Part shown: positions 1 through 11,300 of the stretch, piece by piece
How the letters are laid out: the number at the start of each line of letters is the position of its first letter
Position numbering within the stretch: the first letter of the stretch is position 1
Assembly: GCA_036172245.1 (NCBI GenBank)
Contig: JAYWIR010000009.1
Span: 4,588,001-4,652,000, forward strand
Origin: Raillietiella orientalis
Taxonomy: Eukaryota
Direction of reading: 5' to 3'
Length of the DNA: 64,000 nucleotides
Notes under the pieces: generated by a model
Database searches by the model: none
What the model was told of the DNA's origin: nothing
What the model saw: the letters and a program-made list of their open reading frames with translations, nothing else
Position numbers and translations under genes: made by a program

Positions 1-144
1 TGATAATCGTGATCACACAAAGTGCTTCTGAATATTTCAGTAAGCATGAAAAGTTTCATTTGCTAATAATTATTTTGCAGGCCAAAAAGATTAGAATGAT
101 CTTCCAACCCATACTCGCAAATTTATAATTTCATAAATGCATAC

Positions 145-322
145 CTACTATTACAGATCCCGTTTTTACATTTCCTAGTAATAATTCTTTATACTTTCGC
201 AATGAATCGTCATCTTTATCAGTGGACAGCAAATCATCAATTGATTTCATAGGAGGTGGCTTATAATTAATGTCTAATTCCTCTTTAAACTCGGCTTCCA
301 GTGACTCAACATCACCAGACAT
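145..322 (-). CDS. ARHGDI: Rho GDP-dissociation inhibitor, first coding exon (gene continues towards or beyond the window start)
   Basis: ATG at 322 gives MSGDVESLEAEFKEELDINYKPPPMKSIDDLLSTDKDDDSLRKYKELLLG, matching the RhoGDI N-terminal motif (NYKPPxxKSxxExxxxDKDDESLRKYKExLLG). The exon ends at a phase-1 donor G|GTATGC at 144. Confidence 0.93.
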
Positions 323-3300
323 TGTCAATAATCACAAATGGCTGGAATCTTTTCCACTTGCAAATATTTTTGAAACAGATTTATGTCTGTTTATTACTAA
401 TTACTGTGGTGTAAACTAGAAAAATTCAGTGTTTAAACTATCTTGATTAAAAGATTTGCGGTTTTCCCCATTATACAACACAAACCCTTCCTATAGATAA
501 CTTACACCTGTATCAGGTTACGAGATAACCACTTTCAGCAGGTACAGTTTGTCTTCAATTTACAAAGGATTTGGAACTGAGTACAAAAGTTAACTGGGCC
601 AACAACGTTTCGCATGTGAGCGAGCATCTATTAAAGGGTTCAAGCCGCAGACTTCCAACATATATAGCTGTCCTTTGGTTAGTAATCGTTATTATGAGAC
701 GCTGTAAATATCTGTTTACGTCAATCAAGAGCAACAGTTTGTCGTTCCGGCACTGTCACGACATGACAACCATGACTGTGTCTCACGGCGGTCCCTTTGA
801 TCGCATTGCCTCACGGAAATGACTTAACGAACCATCACTTCAGCTATCAGCGAAAACAAAAAAAATGTACACTTCAAAACTCAACACCGTACTGGTACAT
901 TTTGCGAGTTTCGTACAGAATGGCGCGAGTCCGATGATAACTTTTGTTCGCAAAAGTTTCCCACTCGTGGAGCCTCCCACCACCGTCTTCCCGAAGATGT
1001 GCGATCGTTGGGGGGAGGGGGGGGGAGTTAGGTCTCCCGAACCCACAGTTCCAAAACAGATTATGAGGGCGGAAGGCTCCTCGTTCACCGGCGAATCTAC
1101 CACGCGTAGAACGGACCACCACCACTCTTCTATTGCGGTTTTGTGTGGCAACACATGGACGTGTGTGTGGAGTTCAGTGTTCTCACGTGTAACGTGCCTC
1201 CCCCCACCCCCACACCCCCTTTTTCTCGTCTTCTTCTGAGTATTGCGAATAGTACGTGTTTGCACGGCTCTGTTCTTCATTGCAACGTGTGAATGATATG
1301 ATGGGCATTCACTCTGGGAACTTTCTGCACAATATGAAGGGCATTCGCGTAGCAGCCCTTCGACCCCCATTCCCTCTATCTGAGCGTAGCAGTCCCTAAG
1401 AAGAAAAAACCTTGTATAAGTTCCAGCTCCTGGTTCTCCTGAGCATGCTCTTATTAATCCCTAATTGAAGTAGCATAACCAGGTAGGCAGCCATCGTGAG
1501 TATTCGGTTGGAATGCCCATCGTTTTAGAAAACGCTGTCCATCAGCATTTTTAAACTTAGTGTTTCCGGAGACGTGAGCAAAGCTTTTTGGTATGCCACA
1601 ATTTTCAGTCAGCTATTATGGAAAGTGATTATTGTGTCCTGCGATGTGTACAAATGTATGTGTTTGCAAACGTTTACTGCAAAGGAAGGGACAAAATAAA
1701 TGTAACATGGCTATTCACTGATTTAAGGCATCTATTTATTCATTTGAAAAGGTTCCCAGTAACTCTGAATGGCGACCCAAAGTTGTGCAGCAGTGATCAA
1801 GCAGTTGCTGGCAATGCATTTAGAGTCAGTGAAGCAAACTATGCGGATCAGAAAATTACCGAAATGTCCCCCCTCCTCCCCCATCAAATCGTTTCTCAAC
1901 TTCCATCCATTAATGAAATCTTGGGATCTCTTAAGAGACCTAGTACTTTTTTTCCTTACTTCTCTTGTATACTGTCAACCTTTAACACGAGATTCAGTCT
2001 TTGAACGCATCCAGAAGCAAACCTTAGGAAGTTGATCTTCGACCATGAAAGTAACTTGGGATTTATAAATACCAATCACCTGAAATTTTCGTGATTCGCT
2101 GGAGGTGTGCCATTTCGTAGTATCACCGAGATTTTCAGAGTGCCGAGTAATATCAATCGATTCCTAAATTCAGGAACGTTCTGCCGAGAACTCGAAATGT
2201 AATTTTTTTTCGTTTCAAGAGCGCAACGTTTGGACTGCATGGCATTTACGAAAAAAATGCATTGCAATCCGAGCACATTTACATATTCTCTATGCTGTTC
2301 TTCAGTTAGCACACGAAACTGTGCTCAATTATTTTACCTTCCAATTTAGGCTCGGCGTGCACCTCTTTACGTGTTTCATTAACATGCCCCCTACTAAAAG
2401 CCCCAAAGTGCTTGAACGACGAGTTCCAAGTGACAATTTGGGGTTTATCCCTAATTGCTTATGAAGATCTTGTGCCTCACAGATTATTGCAGTAAATTTT
2501 TCCGACATACGAAGAAATCATACTCTAATAGGCATTATGCAAATGTACAGATTTGCAGAATGTTTATAAAATAGATTAAGCATTCGATGCAAGGAGGAAT
2601 CGTTTCAACTGCTGCTACTCTTAAAGTATGTCTTTTGGTCAAAAACAGAAAACTGCACCAATTTTTCAATCGACACAGCTTGCTTGTGTATTACGATCAC
2701 AAGTGTGATCAAGTTGCTGCTGTGTTTCTCTTCTTTTCCTCCCATTCCATTTGACCACGTCTTTCATTTAACATTTCACTCCTTTCCAAATCTTGCGAGT
2801 TTCTGCAATCCACCATAGACAGCTTCTAATTTCTTAGCAGCCATAATGATGAGGTATTCGCGTAGCCAACAAGTAAATCATTTCGGGAAACGTCCTGGGT
2901 GCATCCTGGAATTTCGAATAACTTTGATTTTGAAAAAGGCAGTCCATAGGATAATGACTTGCAATGTATTTATCCATGAAAACAGCTCATATGCCCGGTG
3001 TTTCCACTTGAAATTTTAATGATAAATGTTAGAGTCGAAGTGCGATCGTGAACGGATTCCGGTACACGCTAAGAGTGCTAAATACATATATTTACATACA
3101 TTTTTACATACATCCAAAATGGATAATACATTCAATTTAGTGCCATACACTAGTCACGTTAGGCTATACATCCTAGCCGATAATTTATGGTCAGCGAGTG
3201 GCAAGGATAATACCACGAGTGGGGCAATTCGTGCAATTTGTGCTTCATTTTAAATAATAGGATGGAGACGCGGTTGCGCACTTGCGTTTCCTGCAAATGG

Positions 3301-3373
3301 CGGAGCTCCGAAGACGCGCTGTGCTACGCTGATTTTTTGTGCAGAACTGATGACAGGAAGAAGGCGAACTTAC

Positions 3374-3527
3374 GCTTCTTCGCATATGTGAAAGAAAGAA
3401 CCATCTGACAACGTTTCCACCGTGATATTTAGAGACTGCAGTTCCGGTGGAGATGTTGAAGGGCTCGACGAGAATCTCCTCGACGGGGTGATTCCTTCCC
3501 CACTGCAAGCCTGCCAATGGTTCCCAC
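3374..3527 (-). other. Candidate isolated exon of an unidentified gene (or an upstream UTR exon)
   Basis: Pyrimidine-rich acceptor ending CAG at 3528 and consensus donor GTAAGT at 3373; two frames are open across it. No recognisable protein. Confidence 0.25.
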
Positions 3528-4627
3528 CTGTCGCACGAGTCGGGAAAACAAAGAAAAGTGCAAGGGAATAACTAAAGATTTGGTCGGGATAGGGATGATG
3601 ATGCAGCTGCCAAGAATTTGAATCAACAAGTCTTCTGCTCTCAGTCATCTTTGTCGTTTGTATTTTTGGTTATTGTGCAGGAAGCGTTCCTGAATCTCGA
3701 TGGATGGCTTCTGGGATTTCTTCTCCTCGGGTGGTGGTTTTACCAATCTGGATAGGATGATCTGTTCTCCTAGAATTCCAGAACCCGATTTCGAATATCT
3801 ATTTGAAGCTGGACCTCAGCACTTGTGTATGGAAAAGAGAGAAAAATAGAAACTATTTCAGCTTTGTGTCACTGCAACAGTCTCCAGAATTTTCGAGCAA
3901 AAACAAAACCTAAAATTTAGAACTGGTAAATTCGTAAAGTGGTTTCCAGACATCGAAACCAGTTGAAAATTCATCAAGTTTGCTACAACAATTTGCAATT
4001 TTAGGGGCAAATACTCTTTAAAGGTACTTTTGAAAAGAAATATTCGAAAAATAATTGAATTTCTGCTACCTACACAAACAGAAATAAGACGAAAACGGGT
4101 GTTCCACAATGTGGAAAAAAGTTCGGGTGGAACGTGTGGACTGGCATTTTCCACCTTTAGGGAAAAAAGTCAGTTATGGCATCCGGAAGATAAAAGGTAA
4201 GGATGCGTACCAGACTCTGCGTGAAAAATATGGTTCGGTTAATGACGACGGTCGTTCGAGAGCAAGTCGCTAATCGTCCACTTCTGTTTGAGACATTTAC
4301 TTTAACACGGGACACTGCAGAATGGTGTTTCGTAGGTATCCAACGGACGCTGCACCTACCAGAAAAGAATGCTTCCTGGATCGTTTTCGAAAGTACGAAA
4401 TTTCAAAACTGGGCGCTCAGAAGTCTGGGAATGTCCCAAAACTAACTAATCAGGCACAAAGAATCCGATCATCTGTTCGCCGATGATCCGAAGTTGTACA
4501 TTATAGCATGCGAAATCAAACATTTAAGTAAGGTATATGGGAGCAGACCGTTGACACATGTACGCATAGTGCAAGGCTATTAAATAGCTCAGGATGCAGA
4601 TTTCTCGGCCGAAAATTGCTGTGGTGC

Positions 4628-4630
<3 letters not shown>

Positions 4631-4660
<30 letters not shown>
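4631..4660. repeat. Poly(A)30 homopolymer
   Basis: Directly visible run of 30 A. Confidence 0.95.
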
Positions 4661-4665
<5 letters not shown>

Positions 4666-6243
4666 TGGTGGCAAAAAAATATAGTGGATCTGGACTTGAA
4701 TGTGGTGAACCCCTGGATAGTTTTCGAGCTTTATGGTGCTCACGGATGTTTTGTTCTAAAATTCGATGGAAGGAGCATGAATTCATCAAATACCCATAGA
4801 ATCAAACCTACGAAGGGGCACTGGCGATGTTGTTTGGAATACAACATGATAAGAGCTCAGGCAGAGTTGAAGTCATTTTAAAATTTCAAGTTCAATCTGG
4901 GCAAATTCAGTTGGGAATTTCAACATTTTGTATGGAGCTATGAGTAAACAAAAATTGCGACTGCTTCTACAAGTCCTAAAAAACCTATTTGTTCTTCATG
5001 ATTGGGTTCACTCAAGATTTGGTCTTCAAAGTCTATATGACGTGTAATCAGACCTTTGGACTTTGTTTACCTACATCTAAGCTATTTCAAGATGCACATA
5101 TCTCTCTGGATAGTACCTACAGGTCTCAGGTCCAAACTGACATGAACACAAAACATGGGTACTTGATGGTTTGCAGAAAGTCCACATTGCAATGCATTTC
5201 CTCACTCAATTATACCATTTTATAAAATGAGAATTTTCTGATAGAGTTGTAAGAAAAAGAACGACAACAGCTTGGGCATTTTTATGCTACCGCCTTTAGA
5301 AAAACTTGCGTTTACAGAGCTGGTGAACTAGAATGCTTTTCAACATTTCACAATTCATTGTTCTCGAGGGGTTTCATCCAGCGGAATTCACAACTGGATG
5401 GGAAAAGGCAACTCCTGACTCCCCTATCACTTTTTGTTACTGCTTTCATCAATAGGCCAAGGTCAGATCATAGGGAGAAGCAAGAAAACAGTGGTCTGCA
5501 ACAATAGGATAACAAAAGTTTTTAGTGGAAACTGTTTGACAGCTGCATTGCAATTGTGTCCATGCATCAAAACATCATGGCCTGTAAGATACTCTGATAA
5601 AGAGAGTGTGTGCTGCCACATACGGATCAAAAGAGAAGACAGTAAACATACAGTATGAAATGCGATTAATGAAATGTGATGGAAAAAAGCAAGGGATGGA
5701 AAAGGAGTTTGGGGAAACAAATTTGTGAAGTTTAGTTACATGGAAAAATGTTGACTTTCCATAAAAATGTTGACTTTCCACATAAAAAACCAACATTTTT
5801 TGATAACGCTGCAACACATCTTCGAAACAAAACAAAATGAGCTTTAGATAATTTACATTGAATTTTCAGATCTTAAAATAACCAATTACAAAAAAATATT
5901 TTTCCTAATCTGATCCTTGTGCCCCCATTATCAAAATCTCCAAAATCCACACTTTTTAAATTTTTTTTATAAGCATGTTGTTATAAACAACTGAATGCAA
6001 ACGGAGTCTCGAAATTATTGCAAATCATGCACTGACATCAAAATATTAACAAAAGTAATTATGAGAGTGTGTAATTTCGAAGGAAACATAAACAAGAGAA
6101 ACCGCAGTCAAAAAAAGGAAAACATCAAATGCTCTCAAGCTTTCAATAATCCAATGCAATTTTTGATATAAAAATTCTGGAATACATTTTAATGAACGTA
6201 TTTGCTGCAATGCAGAATCATTCACTTATGTTATGGATGGAAT

Positions 6244-6570
6244 TTATATTTTCTTCATCTCTGATATGATATGACTTACATCTGTTGAATTTGGTGATTT
6301 TTCAGATGTAGTAGTCTTTGAGGATGAAATGCTGGATTTTGTTAGCTTGGTCTGCATGACTTTTAAACTGCGATCCAATTTTTGAATTTTTTTTTCATTG
6401 TGTGATGATATCTACATTAAAATCCCATTATCTGGTGTGCTGCCTTTAAAGTCACCAACCTGTTTTAAAGAGGTCTTTACAGCCTTAGCTATATTTTTTT
6501 TTGGCTTATGCATCTTTTTGCCAGCAATTCTGAATAAAGGATTTTTTTTCTGCAAATTTTTCTTACCCAT
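6244..6570 (-). CDS. RBIS: Ribosome biogenesis factor RBIS/C8orf59-like, 92 aa, 2 exons (6570-6460, 6411-6244)
   Basis: Splicing a 48-nt GT-AG intron (6459-6412, carrying an in-frame TAG) gives MGKKNLQKKNPLFRIAGKKMHKPKKNIAKAVKTSLKQ|ISSHNEKKIQKLDRSLKVMQTKL...DVSHIISEMKKI*. This resembles human RBIS as I recall it (NVFHIASQKNFKAKNKAKPVTTNLKKINIMNEEKV). Absent from the ORF track. Confidence 0.85.
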
Positions 6571-6671
6571 TTAGAATTAATGGTACAAAACAATGAGGGA
6601 TCATTAAAGACAATTCTACAAAAAGATAAGCAACAATTATCTACAGTATCATCATTTCCTTCAGAAATTAA

Positions 6672-8384
6672 TCATCTTCTCTGATTTTCAATGATATTCA
6701 GAAATTCAGATTGATCAACAATTTTTTCCCTTGGTTTCCCTCTATCAGTTCCTCTAGTTTTTTCAATAGCATCAATCTTATCCCATGTGTCAACATCACT
6801 CCAGATCACACCTGATATTCAAAATCTCCTGATATTCAACATCAGAAAAACAACTGTTACATGCAAACCTCTTTCTGTTAGAAGTCTTTCTAATAAGGAG
6901 GACCCATCTTTATGCTTTTGATCTTGGATATGCTCAAAGGCTAAAGCACCAGCTGAGAATCCATCCATCATTGTATGCAAAATGACACCAACTGGACCTC
7001 TAGCTATCCAACCACAGCAAAAAAAACCTAATTACAATGCATACAGATATGTGATGATCATCAAGTTTCATGCCACCTACCAGGCAGCTCTAGTATTTGA
7101 CCCTGATTATGCTGAATGATACCTCTTTTTTCATCAAATGGCAGTGATGGGTCTATGGACAAACCTCTATATCCAATGCAAGAAATAACCAGTCCACATG
7201 GGATAATCTCTTCAGTTTCAGTAGGTACTGCTATCTTATTTGGACCTTCCTGTACCAGCTCTGCAGATAGAACTTTCAGGCCAGCTACATGTTTGCCCTC
7301 TTTATCAGCTATAATCTCGATGGGAATACGTTGAAACTGAAGTTCCCACTGTGATTTTTTGTTTTTTTTCGAGTGAGGTGCTTGCTTTGCCACCTGTGTC
7401 ATCAACTCCATTAGACGTCGTTTTGGTCGTTCCAAAGCTAAACAATACTTAATAACGATTTCATTGAGAATCTGCTACTTGCTAGAAATTTGGGATTCAA
7501 TTCTACTTAAGGCTTCTGAAGAAATACATATTTCACAATCAGATGTATTCACTAAACTCCTAAATTCTTTGAGTGTAAAGGCTGCTTCCAATGGTCCTCT
7601 TCTTCCAAGTATGTACACTTTTTTGACTTTGCTTCCCCTTAATTTTTCTAATGCATGTTCTGCTATATCTGTTGCCTTCAAAAAATATTTAAGTCAAATT
7701 TTTATTTATCAGCATTACTTCTAATTCAGAGATGGGAGTTAGAAGCAGTTTTGCAATATCCAATGACACATTTCCCATACCAATTAAAACAACATTTTCA
7801 GAGTCTAAATTAACTGATATGTCAGCAGAACCTGGCACTCCATTATACCAACTCACAAATTCGTGAGATGTTAGAACATTTTTCAACGAATGCCCTGGAA
7901 TTTCTAGTTTCTTTGCTAGACTGCACCCATAGCTCTTATTACAAAAAAACAAAACTTCAAGATATTCACTCAAAAATAAAGTTACCACACCAATATAACA
8001 GCATTATAGGCTTCCTGCAACTCTGCTATACTAATATCTTTCCCGACTTCTATGTTACCATAAAATTTTACTCTTGAATTATGTAATATTTTCTGAAAAT
8101 TATTTGTACAAATCTTAACATCAGGATGCAATGGAGAAACACCAAATCGAACCAAACCAAATGGTGTACACCATTTTTCTAAGATATTTACTTTGATTGT
8201 CGGATCCTTCTACTTTTCAAAATATATTGCTAAACGGGTGGATATGACTTGAAAATACCTTTAAAATTTGTTGAGCTGCATAAAATCCTGCTGGACCACT
8301 GCCAATGATACATGCAGTGGCATAATGTGCGTACGATCCTGAGAATAAAACTAATAACCTCCTGTACTTAAGGCACGGCACCAT
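6672..8384 (-). CDS. FDXR: NADPH:adrenodoxin (ferredoxin) oxidoreductase, mitochondrial, 469 aa, 7 exons (8384-8259, 8209-7991, 7934-7719, 7675-7483, 7437-7081, 7027-6869, 6811-6672)
   Basis: FAD motif IIGSGPAGFYAAQ, PFGLVRFGV..HPDVK, FVSWYNG.P, NADP-site GMGNVSLDIAK, TDIAEHAL, GRRGPLEAAFTLKE, GWIARGPVGVI and C-terminal GKPREK. Exon phases join into one uninterrupted 1410-nt frame. Introns are 49, 56, 43, 45, 53 and 57 nt. Short basic N-terminal presequence-like segment. Confidence 0.97.
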
Positions 8385-11300
8385 AATTTCAACAGCTTCT
8401 TTCTAGTCCTCTTACACTAAGAGTAATGAAGTACTTTATTTTCTTTCATTCCAATTTTCAGCAGACTCATTTGAAATCCGGTATGCACTTATAAAATGAG
8501 AAAATGATAGATCCTTCATGTATTTATTCCATTTGTTAACAATCTTCCAAACAGTTGGTAAGATTCCTTGTTTACGTTATGACTATGCATACTCTACAGT
8601 TTATTTTTCATCGATTAATTAGTAAAAAAGAGCTTTGAAGTGCATTTAGATGAATCCTGGTCCGATACAAGAACCAGACTTTTCCGTAGCTGTTAGCATC
8701 AAATACTGGAAGTCGATAATATTCAACATTTCCTTAGAAATTCATTACCCGATTTATATCTGGTCACCGTCAAAGCTGGCACTAGAACCACAAAACCATG
8801 CTTGCCATGCTGTGGCAAGCATGACTTCCTTAATATAATTCGAGCAGGTGATACAAAGTACAATATACCGTAAATTTCATCAGAATATAAGATTTTTTCC
8901 CCTCGTATTTCTGTGTACCGTAGCTATTTGGGATTTATCTCTCGTTTGCGGGTACGCAAGTTGAACAAATACTGGAACTGCAACTGGTTCTTAGAAGCAG
9001 ATTAGTAACTTGACTATAAAAATGTATCTATGATTCCTTCAAGTTTTGAAGTTTGTAGAACGAAGCCAATAAATAGCTCAGTGAAACAAACAACTCGAAA
9101 ATGAAAAAAATATTCCTGCTAATTCATTAATTATTTAAGAAGAGGTAAAGTTAAACCTTAAAAAAGATTCTTTTCTTACACACACTGTTAATTAAGACGG
9201 TTTAAATATTAACTACACAGACTCTGAGAAATGATGTGTATCACCACAAATAATGATAGAGTCATGCTTCGAAAGTAACAATTCTTCTCGCATGAATAAG
9301 AATTTAATTTATGAAGACCAACAAGAATTCACTTTCCTGCTGAGTTTGATTTGATTGATTACTTGAATGGAAGATTTCTATAAACATCGTTTCCTATTTA
9401 TGTGTGGGTTGACATCGATATCTAAGTGAAATGAAAATAAACCCACGTGCCACTAATCCAAGCTATGAAGGATCCAAGAACAGAGTGGAAGAAACCTCAA
9501 AAGACAGGAAGATATCCTAGTGGATTTTCATTATCAAGAGTCCTGAATTATCTGTAGTTAGTTAACACAAATGAAATCCCACAAATATTAGCGAATATCG
9601 AAGACCAAAGACCTCCAGTAGAGAAAAGTATTTTATAAAGATAGTAAACTGCCTCTAGAGAAATAAAGCCTTGCGAAGAAAAGCCCCGAAACACAGAATA
9701 TCAGACTCGAATAAAGTAAATATGAAGAGAGACGAAAAAGTCTGTCCCTTTGCATGAAACAAAACAAAATCATATCCTCCCCTCATACCCTAGTTTTGAA
9801 TTGCACACAAGAAACGAAAGTCTGCACTTTGATAGGATTATCCTATCCACCTATCCCCCTACATGATCACCGGCTAACCAACAACGAATGCAAACGAGCT
9901 TGTGTCTATCGAGTGCAAGTCTTCCTTTCGCACGTACAGTGCAGGACACGAATGAGGGATTCACACCAAGAAGTTGCACTAACCAGAGTAGTCAAAGTGG
10001 GAAGGAATGGACGGAAAGCTGAATACATATTTAATCATGCTTTCCGTAAACACCATCTCCAATACAATACATACAATATGAAAGATAGTGGAAATTCATG
10101 GCAAAATGGTGTATCTTACGCTTTCAATATCTCATGAAGTCCTATTATGTGATAAAATGGTAAACTAAAGAGTTGAATATATATATGTATATATATACAC
10201 AGCATCCATCTCATCATGTTCCCATGTAAATACATTCGAGCCACGAAGGATGTTATCTGATAAAAACTTGAACAACTAACTTTTTTTTGGATGCGTTAAT
10301 TCTCATCGGTAACATCCTATTAGTTTTATAAAAAAAAAAAAGCACGGAGGAAAAAAAAAAAACTTTTCTCATCGCTCAATTCTCATTTTCCGTACTTTAT
10401 AAATTCTGCAATATCTTTTTTGGATGGAGAAAATTGATGTTTTAAAGAACTTTTAGAATCCTTTTTATTTTGCTGCCTTAATTTTGTGAACAAATAGAGA
10501 CTCATGCTCCTAAAATAGACTTGCAGCCTGTTGCCAAATCTCTTCCTTGTTATGCGATGGTTCCCAAAGTCATCAAGACCAAGACATAAAAACCATTAGC
10601 CTGCACTTTATTGGTCTGATGTGTATTCTGAGAGAAATGCATCCGTGTTGTTGTTTTCAGGATTCCGCACGGAATTCTCCACGAATACCAAAGCACTTTT
10701 ATTTGGAATGATGATCACCTTTACAGATGTATTCATTCTCTCAACCGATCGTGTATCGATGAAGAACCTGCCACACAATGATGCAAAATACATGGCTATA
10801 ATGGCAGTATGTGCAAAAATACAAAGTCTAAGTGCCAGAGACTTTGTCACTCAAATACGTTTCAATTGCACGTATTTTGACAGCGACCTACAGCCACCAA
10901 GGCGTGGAACTGTAACCAATTTTGCATGCATTGACGAGTGAAAGAGAAGTAAAAGCACAATTCCGAGAAGGAGACTTGAATTCCATTTGGACGTAAGACA
11001 TTGCAAAAACACCCGGTCGTGGTGTCAGCAACATTCTGAGAAACTGCCCTCAGATGGAAGCGCTCGTTGGAAAGGGAAATTAGTAAAGGGATAACAGAGT
11101 CACAGATGCATCACAACTGAATGGATTGCGAATTGTGAACATGATCTCGGTCCGAAAACGATGAGCGTATCTTTTGATTTCAGAAAATCCGCAGTAACTA
11201 CGAAGGAATCTGTCCTTATTTTCCCTTCGAAGATCAGATGGTGGCAATCTTTGGAAGCTTCATACTGTTCGATGGGTTTCGTAGTTCAAACTGGTAAATC

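Noticed and set aside
6615..6660. ATGATGA (box C-like) in the FDXR-RBIS spacer as a C/D snoRNA
   Set aside because: No downstream CTGA box D or terminal stem.
8797..8823. Perfect 11-bp hairpin upstream of FDXR as a possible iron-responsive element
   Set aside because: The sense-strand loop is CAGCA rather than CAGUGN, there is no bulged C, and it lies ~410 nt from the ATG.
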